Assembly (NCBI GenBank): GCA_964270895.1
Contig: OZ185435.1
Direction: 5' to 3' (one strand)
DNA: 64,000 nt
DNA from: Podarcis filfolensis
Taxonomy: Eukaryota
Each line of letters opens with the position of its first letter. Within the stretch, counting starts at the first letter, position 1. The notes beneath the pieces were generated by a model that saw only the letters and a list, made by a program, of their open reading frames with translations, ran no database searches and had not been told where the DNA came from. This document shows, in pieces, positions 34,954-48,119 of this stretch. Position numbers and translations under genes: made by a program.

Positions 34954-37900
34954 GGCTGTGTTTTAAGCTGATGTCTAAAAATCATCCATGAGGAGGACAA
35001 CAAATGTGGGGGTGCGTGTATGAAAAATGTGGCCACAAAACTGAGTTAGAGTTGAGGAAATGAGTGAATGTCACTCCTTTCACCTTTCTTTTCCTTCACC
35101 TTTCCTTTGCCCTTCTCTTTATCCCTTGGCTCTCTTGCCCGTCTGCAGCTTCATCTAGCAGCATGAGGGTGGAGAAGGCTGTTGTAGCTACAGGAGTGCC
35201 AGATTGGTCATGGCAACTCCCATCTGTGTAACCATGTGATTCCAACCTTCAACCCTGACCCAGCCCAGCCCCATTCAAGTAAGCAGCAGCAGTGGCCATG
35301 GTGGGTGGTGGGGGTTGGGAGGCCCAGTGTCTCTGCTCCACCACACACACTGCTAGCTGCATCTTTATATCAAGGCTTTCACTACCCTTTGGTCTTCCAT
35401 TTTCCCCACAGCACCTGCTTTTCCCACATGGACAAGGTGATTCAGGATAAAGGAGGCAGAATACTACGCATGTGGGGCACCATCTTAATTTTGTTTTTTT
35501 GCTCTAGAGAGCACTGCAGGTTACAAAGTGCCATAGAAAAGTAATTTTATGGCACTAGGCTTTCCCCGAAGGCTTGCAATCTAAAAATTAAATGGACTCA
35601 AAAAAAGAGTTTGGAAAAGAAGGTTGTGATTAGATTCTGGGATGTATTTACATTGTTGTCCATGTCTGAATTTGACATCATTAAAAAAATTCAAAAGAGA
35701 AAATGGTAAAACCGTTATCTATGCAGACACATCCATACATGAAATCCTTCTATCCTCAAAATGATACAAGTATCTCTTGTATTTTAGAGTTGGACTCGAT
35801 ATAAATAAATAGAGATTATTTTGAGTGCTGTAGTCCTTGACTGCATTCAGATGGCAGAGAAACATCACTGGGAACGCAAAAATAGAAATGGTATGTAAAA
35901 GTAGATGAGACAGGACACCTAGAGAAGGGAAAGATGGCCTGTAAATAACTTGAAAGCTTGGCTCACTCCCATCGCCTCTCTTTCCTGTGCTATGCTATAC
36001 CTAATCTATTAGAGATCAATACTGCAATATATTGAACTCCCTACCCTCATCCTATGAATACACTGTAATCTATTTAGCATTTTAAGAGCATGTAAATGGT
36101 CCCACCGGCAGTGTAATGCGCTTAAGTGGATCCAACCTGATATAGGTTCAAATCCTTATAGATCAACACTAGTTGGACTTTGACAAGGCATTTTTTTGTT
36201 TTGTTTTAATCTTCCAGTTGCTACCATGTCATTTGTCAATGTAAAGCTTTAGTATTTTAAATTTTCCTAGCTATTTTTGCAAACATATTTCCAATTTATT
36301 TTTTTTAAAAAATGAATAAAGCATTGTGAGCCCCCCTCACCCCTGCCAAATAACTGGAGATTTTTGCGCACTTAAGGATCTTTACTCTGGCCGTATGCAA
36401 TTACTTGTCCTAGGCATGAACTACATGCACTGTGAGCATTGCCCTGGTCATTAATAGCTTTTAGATTAATGGCATGGTTGAAAAAAGGCTATTTTAAGGC
36501 AGGTAGGCACCAAATGTTTACGAAAGGTGTAACAAACCTTATTTAAAGCAAGGTCAGTAGTTTCTTGGGATGTAATCATAGCTAAATTTGCTTTTCACAA
36601 ATCCTTGTTACCACTGAGAAAAATTGATACTATGTTCCTGGGTGATTTGTAGAAGCCTAATGTATGAGACTATATATAATTGCCTTTTCTAATGGAACTT
36701 ATGAAATGACTCTCCAAACACCAGCCGTTCTTCTATTTCAGTCGTCATGGGTTTGGTTCCTCCCGGCCCCACAAAGCTGTTCCGCACATAATGCCTTTAG
36801 TGAGCACAAATTACTGAACAGTGTTGCTTATATGTGCCTACATTTTAAATGTATGAGTACATTGCATACCCACGGGCTAAGGAGCTGATGCCAGCCATGT
36901 CTACTTGGTGCCTGTGGTCTACAAAGGTGAAAGATGAGCACAATGCCTTAAACACAAGAGGTTTAGCATACATTATGCAGGTCTGCAACATCTGCTCATA
37001 TAAAGTTTATGCTGTACTCAATACACTCCAATTTCAATTTTTAGACAGAAAATAGGATTTTTGGCATGGTAGAATTTCTACCTCAAACCCACTTGCTTTT
37101 GTTCCCTTTCTGGATTAGTCAAATATGTGATCCCGCTTTGTTAGGGAGCATACAGTACCTCTATTTAGGCATGCATAGGGAGGGGGGCAGGAGTGTATTC
37201 ACTGGCCATGCCCCCAGTATCCCTAGGCACCCCCAATCCCTATTGCTCCTCCAGCTTTTGAGTGAAGATCTGAAGGAAGATTCTAACATGCTTAGACTCT
37301 GCAGAAGTTTCCACTCGGCGTGCAAGATCTGTTCATTGCACATGTTGGGAGAGGAGAGGTGGAGCCAGCATGCCAAGGGATGTGGAGAGTTAGGTTAGGG
37401 CCATCACATGCACCACAACCGATTGTCAGGCTTGCTATATAGTCTGAGCCCTCATGTAGTCTTTTGAACCCCTGACTAGGGCTAATGAATGGGATAATGT
37501 TAAAAACACCCCAAAGCCAGTCAGGTTTGGCTATAGGATAACTTCACTATGGGATAGTGATGGCAACATGAATAAATAATCCAATGGTACCACCAGGAGT
37601 ACTATTTCCCACTATTCAGAAGAGTCAGGAGTTTTTCAGCGCTGTTTTAAATGTTTGCAGAAAACAGAGCAGTTTGAGCATGCTTCGATTTAAAATTATA
37701 ATATGTTAAGTACCCCTTGCAGGGTTCTGTTCTGCCAAGGATGCAGAGCAGTTGCCAGCTGTACAAAAGAGTTATGAAAAAGATTTAATATTCTTGTTAT
37801 AGTTCCTCTGAAGGAAGGAACAACAGCTATTAATTAAAATATTATTATTATTTGCTTTCTTCTGTAGGCTAATTCTAATCTTACATTTTTTTTCCTCTGT

Positions 37901-38618
37901 AGAGAAATATCACTTGAGAAAACATGTATGAAAACATATGTCACAGTGTAAGCTCCACATAGATAGTGCATGGCAACAACGGTTTATGTTCATTCCCAAA
38001 TAGCAAAGAGGGCCCCTAACCTTTATTTCTTTTTAGTCCAAGAGCTGCATCAAGAGCTGGCTAACTCTCTGAAGGCTGCAAGTCAGTGATGGGTAGGGCC
38101 AAGTGGGTGCAGACAGCACACCCATAACCATGCACATCCACACACACATGCTAGACACACAGTGCATTCACCACATGTATACATCCCACAAAGATAATTC
38201 ACATTCACTGCCATGCTCTACATGCAGCCACCCCCTTTCTACACATACAGTGCACCCACCCATTCTCATCAACCCTGCTCCTCAGTGCTTGGGCATTTTG
38301 GTGACTTTGGTGGTTGACAGCTGGTTAAAGCACTCTGGAGAGAGCCACCGGGGGGGGGGCATCCAGCAGTTGTGAAACACTAGCGTAGGTTAGAGTACCC
38401 CAACCAACTCTCACAATGGTAGTGGTTTGCCCAAAGCCACAGTTGGAATCAGTAAAACTGGTAAAATCAGTAAATGTTTGTCAGGGAGACTGGTAAGCCA
38501 TTAAAAATGGGTTGGTAGGCCGGGTCTAGGGTGTGGCATCAACATCTCTGCTCTATAGGAATTCTTATTCCTATAGAGCAATTCTAATAGCAATTCTATA
38601 GGAATTCTTATTCCTATA

Positions 38619-38758
38619 GACTTTTAGAAGACATCTGAAGGCAGCCCTGTTTAGAGAAGCTTTTAATGTTCGATGTATTACAGTATTTTAATATTTTTTT
38701 GGAAGCCGCCCGGAGTGGCTGGGGAAGCCCAGCCAGATGGGCGGGGTAGAAATAATAA

Positions 38759-38806
<48 letters not shown>
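38619..38806 (+). mobile_element. Young 5'-truncated L2 with (ATT)16 tail
   Basis: gacttttagaagacatctgaaggcagccctg...ggaagccgcccggagtggctgggg...gggcggggtagaaataataaat(att)16; CpGs intact. Confidence 0.9.
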
Positions 38807-38807
<1 letters not shown>

Positions 38808-39559
38808 GCAAAAATGCTTTTGCTGGAACCAGTCCTGGTTTTGAAAGGTGTATATGTTGTGAGGTATATGCTTTAACATGTGTCTACCATGTGTATAGAG
38901 CCAGTGCATGCTCTTTTGCATGGAGTCAGGATTTTCACCTATTGTTATATATATATGTGGATTTAGATACATCTCCATTGTTTTGATTTGCAGTCGCCAC
39001 AAACCTCCATTCTGAGTTAAGTGCCAAGCCAGGTGTGACATGGATTGTATGAAAGCAAATAACCTGCACTTAAAAAATGCAATAGCTGCTGTGCTGGGGA
39101 CAGAGTAGGGTCAAGATCATGGTGGATTGGGGAAGAGAGTTCAAGCCTTTGTGCCGTGCCATGGCTACAACAGCCCACATGTCCTGTGCCTTCAAAGCTG
39201 GTATTAGCCCTGTGGGGGTGGGAATTCCTATTGGCTCTAATGGAAGCTCCCTCACAGTACTTCAGAGCTTTGGAGCAAGGCAGTCTACAGCATGGGTAAG
39301 GAAGGGTTAACTCTCATCTCTACTCCTTATGGTCCCAGTCCTACTCAAGCCACCCTCCCACCAAAGGGAGTTTTAAAAATATATTAAACAATGTATATTA
39401 CTTGTATTCATACAATGAACATTGTGTTTAGTTTGGTTCTTAGTCCATACAATCTGTGCTGCAGAAATGAACTGCAGTGTGATGAAAAGAAAAAAGGGTC
39501 AAAATATTAAACAATCTGTGGCTTTTTAAACTGTGTGTGTGGGTATTGTTTTTGTTTGT

Positions 39560-39692
39560 TCCTATATTATGCATTTTTGTGCTTCTGTATTATAAACTGT
39601 CCTGTAAGCCTCAGATGAGGGGCTGTATAGAAATTTAATGAATAATAGTAATAGTAGCAATAGTACTAATAATAGTAACAATAGCAATAAAT
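39560..39692 (+). mobile_element. Older L2 3' end with decayed (AAT)n tail
   Basis: aactgtcctgtaagcctcagatgaggggctgtatagaaatttaat followed by a mixed AAT/AGT/AAC tail. Confidence 0.7.
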
Positions 39693-40706
39693 GAATAGAT
39701 GCTGATAAGCCCATTTTTAGGGGGGATAGAGATGAGATTGGTGGATTTTGCTCCTCTGCAGTATACCACCCTTCTGAGTGGAGCCCAGACCAGCCCCCTG
39801 CCATCTGCAGATGATCAGAAATGCAGCTATGATCAGAAATGGATCATAGCTGGGACAGTGCAAACTGTGCAAAACAATGTGCGATATTGCTGCTGGGCTT
39901 TCTTGCACTACATCATGCCTGCTTCTCCAGGGGATTTCTACATTGGCAGTTGAGGGGGGGGAGCAGTAAAAGATGTGCTTCATTTCACTTCTGGTTTCTT
40001 GTCCAGAAACTGCAAGGGGATTTTAAAAGGAAAGTTCTAATATTACATCCCACACAGATGCTTGGAACTTGGTGTAATTGACTTTAGACTGGATTAATAC
40101 AGACTTTTTTTCCATGGTTGCAGGGTACTTTTAGAATTCAGATAACTATGGGGCTAACAGTAATATACCTTGCAAAGGCTAAAACTTGTTTTCAGTTCTC
40201 AGTATTTCCATATCCACATATCAATCAGTTTTTGAACTGCTGACGTAGGTACGTGCCTCACATATGGGCAACAAAAGATGCAAAACACAATGAATTTCAA
40301 CATGTTTACCAGCTTTTATTTTGTACCTGCCTTCTGCCTGAAAATGAAGTGCAGATGGTATTAGTTTCCAAGGATGAAAATGGGCACATGGCTGGGTCAC
40401 AGACAAGCGGGCTATAGGGTTCCTTGCTTTCCTGTCTCATAAAACTATGAGATGGATCAAACACCTGCCAGAAATTCTGCAGGAAAATTCTGCAACCACT
40501 GTTGTTTATCTCTTCCCATCAGTTCAACTCTCTTAGCAATTTAGTGCAAGCTAATAATGGAGACAGGTTACAGGTCCAGGTGCCATTCCTGTCCTGCGAG
40601 GAATGTAGATTGTAGTTGTACCCCTGCTTTCCTCCCATTATTGTCACTAAAGCATCTTGAGAGTCAGATTTATGCTGCAATCCTAAACATGCTTATTTAC
40701 AGAGAG

Positions 40707-40870
40707 AAGGCCATAGCTCAGTGGGAAAGCATGCGTTTTGCATGCAAAATGTCCCAGATTCAATCCATGGCAATACAAGGTAGGGCTGGGAAAGACTTCA
40801 TGGAGAACTACTGCCGGTCAGTTCTAGTTGGATCAGTGGTTTGACTGAGTATAATGCAGCCTCCTGTGTT
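40707..40870 (+). mobile_element. Squam2-like SINE, diverged
   Basis: ggccatagctcagtggg...tgcatgc...ttcaatcc...ggtagggctgggaaagac. Confidence 0.8.
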
Positions 40871-41194
40871 TCTTGGAAAGACCCCTGCCTGCAGGAGACA
40901 GTGCTTGTTTCCAAGTAAAATATACTTACGGCAGCTCTTTTAGGCACTGATCTAGATTCTCTTTTCGCACACTGCATGTTGAATTAAACAAGCGGTATGT
41001 GCAAGTTTGTAAGAAACTGGGAGTCAGAAGCAGGGGAAGAAGAAACTCCTAATTTAGTAGAGCATGGAAATGTGCCAGTTCTTTCCCACAGGGAATGATG
41101 GGGAATATAAAGGAGCCATAAAACAAAGTTCTATTCCATATGAGAGAGGAATGGTGTTTTATTTGTCATCTTTACTCTTCAGCTGTTAAGAACC

Positions 41195-41856
41195 CACCAC
41201 CTGTACTGTACATTTAAAGTAGTATCATGGTTCCCCCCCTCATGCTTCCCCCCTGAAAAAAATATCAAAAAAATCCCGAGGGAATGAAAAAAATGCTGGG
41301 AAGTATAGTTTGTTAAAGGTGCTGAAAGTCATTAGGATATCTCTATTCTCTTCATGAAGGGACGCAGGTGGCACTGTGGGTTAAACCACAGAGCCTAGGG
41401 CTTGCCGATCAGAAGGTCAGCGGTTCGAATCCCCATGATGGGGTGAGCTCCTGCCAACCTAGCAGTTTGAAATCACGAAGTGCAAGTAGATAAATAGGTA
41501 CCGCTTCAGCGGGAAGGTAAACGGCATTTCTGTGCGCTGCTCTGGTTCGCCAGAAGTGGCTTAGTCATGCTGTCCATACGACCTGGAAGCTGTACGCCAG
41601 CTCCCTCGGCCAATAAAGCAAGATGAACGCCGCAACTCCAGAGTTGACCACAACTGGACCTAATGGTCAGGGGTCCCTTTACCTTTATTCTCTTCTTGGA
41701 GCTACAATTCTTAACTCTGGGAATTGTAGCTTCCTGAGGGGAATAGAGGACTCCTAACAATTCGCAGCACCCTCAACAAGCTACAGTTCCCACCATCCTT
41801 TGGGGGAGAGCCATAAAGTGGAATGCTGCTTCTTTAAATGTATAGTGAATATGGGG
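41195..41856. mobile_element. Palindromic MITE interrupted by a Sauria SINE
   Basis: tacatttaaag / tttaaatgta end motifs; ctctattctcttc|ttggagctacaattc mirrors gaattgtagcttcctgaggggaatagag. Confidence 0.7.
41359..41685 (+). mobile_element. Full-length Sauria SINE (Squam1)
   Basis: gggacgcaggtggcactgtgggttaaacc...ggttcgaatcccc...aagtgcaagtagataaataggtacc...ccctttaccttt; TSD tattctcttc. Confidence 0.95.
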
Positions 41857-41897
41857 TTTCAGTTCTCTTTGTCAGTGGACAGCAGCTGCATTTAAGC

Positions 41898-42218
41898 CAG
41901 GGGTGGGAAACCTCTGGGGGCTGAATGTGCCCATTTAGGCATTTTTCTCACTGGCATTGTTCTTCAAGAGCTCTTGCTTAGCCTTGAGCTGTGATAATGT
42001 GCTTGCTGATTGCATTGATGTAGAATGGAAAGACCTATGTGGGCATCTCTTGACTTGTGCATGACTGGTCTGCTGAAGACAAGTAGAGGCAAGAGTAGCA
42101 TACTTGGCTCTACCTATGTACATTTCCCTATGGCTCCACCCACCACAGTCATGCAACCCTTAGAAGTTTCCCCATGAGGGAATTTAGCTCTTGGGTTGAA
42201 AAAGCTTCACCACTTCTG
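41898..42218. mobile_element. Non-autonomous hAT-like element
   Basis: caggggtgggaaacct...aagcttcaccacttctg; flanks atttaagc/acttaaat (5/8). Confidence 0.6.
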
Positions 42219-42927
42219 ACTTAAATGAACTAATTAAATGGCTTTAAAATGGCAGGTTGTCTTGTGTATTCATGCTGGAGTTTGATGCTCAAGGACAGGT
42301 AGTCTTACACTACACAGTTATAAAAAATGCTCTGGAAAAAACCGTTGTAAAGCTCGCAATGGAAAATATTACTGAGTTGCTATTTCAGCTCTATAGCACC
42401 ATTGGGTGTCACAGTGTTATAATGCATTTATAGTGGTGTAATTTGACTAATGTAGCTGAGTCCTTAAACAGTTGGAGTGTTTACTTTCGCAGCAAGAAAC
42501 TATAAGATATTTTGAGTCTGTAGGTAGTTTGCTAAGAGGGCACAAATTGAATTTTGAGAATTTCAGTTTACTGCATTTCTTTGCAAGATGCCTAGAACTG
42601 ATGTTAAGGCAATGAAATATTTTCTTTGCAAATATAGTAAAGCAACACTACAGTGAAATCCCCCCTCCCCCAAGTATTGTGCTTTTGCGGACAGTAATAT
42701 CAAAAGTAATTAATATTGTGTGGAGACTGGTATATTGATCTGGATTCTTTTTGATTGCAATTTTCTTCTTCAAAGCAATATAATCTGCCTTGACTGTGAA
42801 CTTTTCTATACTGCTGCTCAAGTATCAAATCTGTCCGTTTGCATTGCCAGATGACTGTTTACACCTCTAAGTGCTATGGACCTTCTTAGTGGGTTTTTTT
42901 TTGTTATTTCCTAACTCTTAAAGAGAT

Positions 42928-43023
42928 CACTTCAGTAGCAATTAAAAATGTAGCAATCAGATAAATGTAAAATTGCACTTCAGTAGCAATTAAAAATGTA
43001 GCAATCAGATAAATGTAAAACTG
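42928..43023. repeat. 48-bp tandem duplication
   Basis: 45 identical bases at 42928-42972 and 42976-43020. Confidence 0.95.
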
Positions 43024-45573
43024 TCACAGGATACCAAGATATTTCACAAACAGTGAATTTGTGAAAGGGATAGAGAAAACATTCTTCCAAACACTTGATT
43101 CCAGCAGAGGAAGCTATACACTTTAGCTCTGCATAGATTAACCCATATAACTCCCGCTATAAGGTAGCTGGTACTAGTAGTCATAGATATGTTAAAATAC
43201 TTATTTACATAGGTACTTAGAGGTGTTTTTTTTAATGCAGATGAATGTGGGTAAGGGATGGATTGTGGGTAAAAATATACAAAAGTGGCACACTCTGAAA
43301 ATAGACAGATTTGTTCCTAGAATGCAAAATTATATATTTTTTTAGACTTATGACAGTTGAACTATTTATATATTAGATGTAAATAGGTCATCATCTGCCT
43401 TACTAAGCTGCTATTTTTTATGTCATTTTGGACAGCTTATGATCAAATATATGTCTGGGTAAATGCTTCTGCACTCATATGTACCTGCTGTAACAAAACA
43501 AATTGCATTTGTTCAAACATAGCAAAATACATTTTGAAAATATGATTGCTTCATTGGATGGGAGCTATGGGTACTTCACAAATCCAATAATGCTCTTCTC
43601 CAAAGCACACAGTCAGAATCCATGACTTTGAGTTCAATTTGTTTGTTGTTGTTTGCACAGTTCTCTTGGTTACAGCCAAAAATCTTATGTACCCTACCTT
43701 TAGGTGATCTTCAGGTTGTGACCAATACTTTTGGAAGGATGTAGTTGTTCTGGCTTGTGGCACTCAGTGATGCTGAAATGCTTAGGGACACTAAGATGTT
43801 CTTGAGCAAGGATACTTGACACTTGAGCAAGGATACTATGGAAGAAGGACCAGCGATCCACACGTGAAGCTGTCTCCGTGCTCTGGAACACCAATTATGC
43901 AGTCTTCCAGCACGTAGAGAAAACCTACATGTACAGACATTAGGATGCTACTTTATGCCATCCAATATTTTCTCAACTGCCTAGCAGAGGCTCTCCGGGG
44001 ATTTACCAGGATTTCCTGCTGTACAAGGGGATATTGGACATTCAGCCTGGGACATTGTTGTAGACACCACATGTGCGCAGCCTCTAAGCTATGGCTCCCC
44101 ACATAAACTTTGCTTTCCAGATGTGTGGACAATATACCCCTGCAGTTCTATTCCATGCATGAGTCCCTTTATTGTGATGCGCACATGAAGGGGACTCCAT
44201 TTTTAAAGTTCTAAATCCCAGCCATCAATGTTGACTAAGTATCTGTTCTATAGGTAATATATGAGGGTTTTTCCCCCATGAGATGCCTACCATTGTTGAG
44301 TATACCTATTGTCTATTTAAGTCACTTGTGCTGCATAGTACTGCACAGGGACAAAGTTATATTATTTTGGTGAACTCTTTGGCTACAAATGAAGAGTAGA
44401 TTCCTACTGGGGAACAGGAGAGGGAGATTTGGCCCTGTCCCAAACTCTATTTTTGTACAGCTCTTTAATATAATCAATTGCTGAGGTGGGAGGAAGCCTG
44501 TCTTCCTGATTAAACCATTTGTATCATGTCTCCTCTGCACAACAGCTTTTGTGGGAAAGCATAAAAGATTGTTCAGCTATAAGAAACAAAACAAAACAAA
44601 AACCTGGTATTGGCTAGCATAGTAACTCCCAAAAACTCATTTCATGTTGCTGCAGTGATGGCCTTCAAACATAAAAAAATCATTTTGTAAAGATAAAAAA
44701 TGACCTTTGAATAATTACTTTTGCTATGATATGTGGTAGCAGTTTCCACACTGTTTCCTTTTGTATTTTGAACTGAAGGACACTTGCAAAACTTCAGTGT
44801 GTTTTTAAGGTGCTTGAGACTTCTCTGGATGGCTAAGTCTCAGAAGGAATACTGGATTCTTCTGTTCTACTGATTTGTAAGACATTAGCTCTGCCTTAGG
44901 CTATATACATCAAGACTAGCCAATGTGGTGCCCTCCAGATGTCTTTGGACAGCAACTCTCATCAGCACATCCAAGGATAAGGGTGGTGATAGTCCAACAA
45001 CAACTACAAGGCATCCTGTTGGGTACTTCTTGGCTACAATTTACAGCCATGATATTGTTGCACCCCACCCAACTCTGAGTGATGTGAGATTCCAGGGGTT
45101 CTAGGCCATAGGGCTAATGTGGATTGTTGTTCAGCAACATCTGGTGGGCCAAGGGTTCACTGCTCCTAACTAAGATGCAAAAGCCCAGAAAATGTGAGTC
45201 ATTACCCTAGAGCTGAAACAAAAACATCTTTGGCCCCCAGGGTGTGTACACATCATACATTCAAAACACATCACTTCCCCAAAAGTTTTATGGGAATTAC
45301 AGTTTCTGCCCACAGAACCACAATTACCTTAACAAACTATTCCCAGGATTTTTTGAGAAAACGAATGTATGGCTTATATTCCGTTCCAGTTGCGCTTCCA
45401 GTGGAAGTGCATTTCATAATCAGGTTTCTATCATAGAGAAGGCTAGCAGAATGTCATTGGACATGGGGGATTCTGGAAGCACCTTACACAAAACCTGCCT
45501 GATCTTCCCAGAAGCTTGTTGAACTTTGCTAGATGTCAGACTTTGCTAGATGTGCATTTTTTCCCTCCCCTTC

Positions 45574-45880
45574 GTTCGAATCCCCGCGGCGGGGTGAGCT
45601 CCCGTCGTTCGGTCCCAGCTCCTGCCCACCTAGCAGTTCGAAAGCACTCTTAAGTGCAAGTAGATAAATAGGGACCGCTTTATAGCGGGAAGGTAAACAG
45701 CGTTTCCGTGTGCTGCGCTGGTGCTGGCTCGCCAGCTGCAGCTTCGTCACGCTGGCCACGTGACCTGGAAGTGTCTTTGGACGGCGCTGGCTCACGGCCT
45801 CTAGAGCGAGATGAGCATGCAACCCTAGAGTCGGACACGACTGGCCCGTACGGGCAGGGGTACCTTTACCTTTACCTTTA
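45574..45880 (+). mobile_element. 5'-truncated Sauria SINE with (ACCTTT)n tail
   Basis: Starts at the B box gttcgaatcccc; many CpGs; TSD tagatgtcagac at 45530-45541 and 45879-45890. Confidence 0.95.
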
Positions 45881-47069
45881 GATGTCAGACAGGCAAATGA
45901 ACTTGTCAACAAGCAAGAGGTATGGCTGAAACAGTAAAATAATCAGAGTCAGAAAGAACCATTTGAGGGATTTGATGTTGATACTGAGCAATAAATCAAG
46001 AATAACTGTACTTTTGTTATGCTACAGATTGTCTGGAAAGACCATAAATTTAATTAAAACTTAATAAGTGCAATCATTATCCAATTTAAATATTTTTTAA
46101 AAAGATGGATCTATTGATTTTTTAATGGGGTAGATGAAATCACATGAGTGATCAAATATGTTATATTTGTTATATTTTCTATCCACAATGAAATACTAAA
46201 TAGAAATGTGTATCAAGCAATGCTAAAATCACTCTTGAACAGCCAGTAGATATTTTGGGGATTTAGTTTACATCACTATTTTGAAGAAATACACTGCTCC
46301 TTGTTTAGCTGTATTTCTCTGTAAAGTAGAATGAAGCATGTGAAATTATCCTCGTAAGACATTGTCATCTGTGCTACGCTGAAGTGATTGATGGGAACTT
46401 GACTGCACGAGAGAGTCTTAAGTCTGTTGCTTTTAAAGTTTTCTCAGTTTATGTTGATAAATGGTCCTGAAGGTCCAGTACCGAAAATGAATTTTAAAAT
46501 CACTGTTAAGTATTCACAATGCTTAACCTGCATCCTCAGACGCTTCAAAAGATCTGAGCTTGTGTTTGCTAAAAGTGCCAGATTAATTTCAGATCACCTA
46601 GCAATTTAAGCAGTAACAGTGGCAACCTGAAAAATAAAATCACCAAAGTCTATAATAGTGAGCACTGCTTTGATCTATATTTTGTGTTTCCCCCATAAAA
46701 AAGCGCTAAGAAACCCAGCCACAACATAAGAGTAATTTAATAAGGATGCTTCAGTGCCATGCCACATTATTACAGGGTTGGCAGTTTCTAGATCAAAACT
46801 GAATTATTTTATGAGAGAGCCTTAGGGGAGCACATTCCCTCCACTCCCGGCATGCCTATACAGCTTGTAATGTGTTTGTGTGCATATATGGTGTCTGCTC
46901 TAAACAAACGGGCTTAAGTGGTTTGTTTTTTTCATTAAAGATGATTTCAGACATTGGCTGGAATTCAAAGAACTATAAAAGGCTCCGTGCCTGTTGCTGC
47001 TCTTCCAGTCTCATCGCGGAGCCAGTAGAGGGCTGGTTTGCAGAAAAACTGTCACTGTGCCAGTCAGTC

Positions 47070-47410
47070 TGTTGTTAAGTGGGATGGAAATTGGAGTTGA
47101 GAGGAAGTTGGTGCCGGCCCAAGATATCTGGCTGCCTGAAGAAGAAGAGGCCAGTGTCACCCCCCCGGGCGTGCTAGGGCAAACATTATAAGAAGTCTTG
47201 CCTTCACCTGTCCCACCCTCATGGTGATGCCCTATGGTTTCTTGTCTAGCTGGTCTGGTCCTAGGGCAGAGGAGTGTCCCGACTTGAAGAATCTAGACTC
47301 AGTCATCTGCTAGGGAAGGGAAGAGAGGGGACACTTCTGAGTTAAGTGCTTCTAGTGCTACCTTGGATTCCTATTGTGGCTGCCTGCGGATCCATACAAC
47401 CACAGTCACA
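47070..47410 (+). mobile_element. Possible LTR remnant
   Basis: TG start, purine-rich U3-like segment, tataagaag, CA end; no TSD confirmed. Confidence 0.3.
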
Positions 47411-48119
47411 GCATCAAATTTGGGTGGTGTTTTTGGGTGTGCTGAGATTATGCCCTCAATGAATTCCCAAAGATTAGCATCAGTTTCTGGCGATGGGCAT
47501 TCTCACCACCACACTCCATTTTGAGTACCTGGTAAAACTGATCCTTACATCGACCACAACTGTTTTCAATCCAGGCCACCTTTTTGTATTGCACTCTTGT
47601 AAGATTAGCACTACAAATTCTTCGCAGTCACTTATGTGTTATATTACACATGATAAAATAGAAAGCAAACCACCCAACAAGAAATCCCAAGATGAGTAAA
47701 TAGCCAAAAGCTTCTTAGATTTTCTTTTTTTAAAAAACCCACACACACTTAATGACTGTTCCTGTGAGTGAATTGTAACACAGCACTGCAGTAACAGTTT
47801 ATTTCCTGGACATGAAAATGATAGGAAGTGATATGCACCTTACTAAATGGCTTACAACATTTAGATTGTCAGTGGGTTATTTAGCAGTTTGTTTGCCGTA
47901 GAGTAATTCTGAATTGCTTTCCTAAATAATGTATCCAACATACAGGGTGGGCGGAGGAGCTTGTGACAGAGCAGAAGTACTGAGAATGGTTTATTGCAAC
48001 AGTATATGGCAACAGCTCAAAGGTCAAACCCAACCCCTGGACAATCCCAGTTAACTCACTGTTTACTTCTGGCAGATAATAGAAGCATTTCAGCCCCAGC
48101 TGGTGAATAATAAAAAATA

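Noticed and set aside
41314-41328. RE1 left half-sites (ggtgctgaa here; ttcagcacc at ~62603)
   Set aside because: No GGACAG right half at canonical spacing; the first lies within a MITE.
42928-43023. Direct repeats as a possible CRISPR-like array
   Set aside because: Two adjacent copies with no spacer, in a vertebrate intron.
45529-45912. 127-aa minus-strand ORF
   Set aside because: Antisense of the Sauria SINE.
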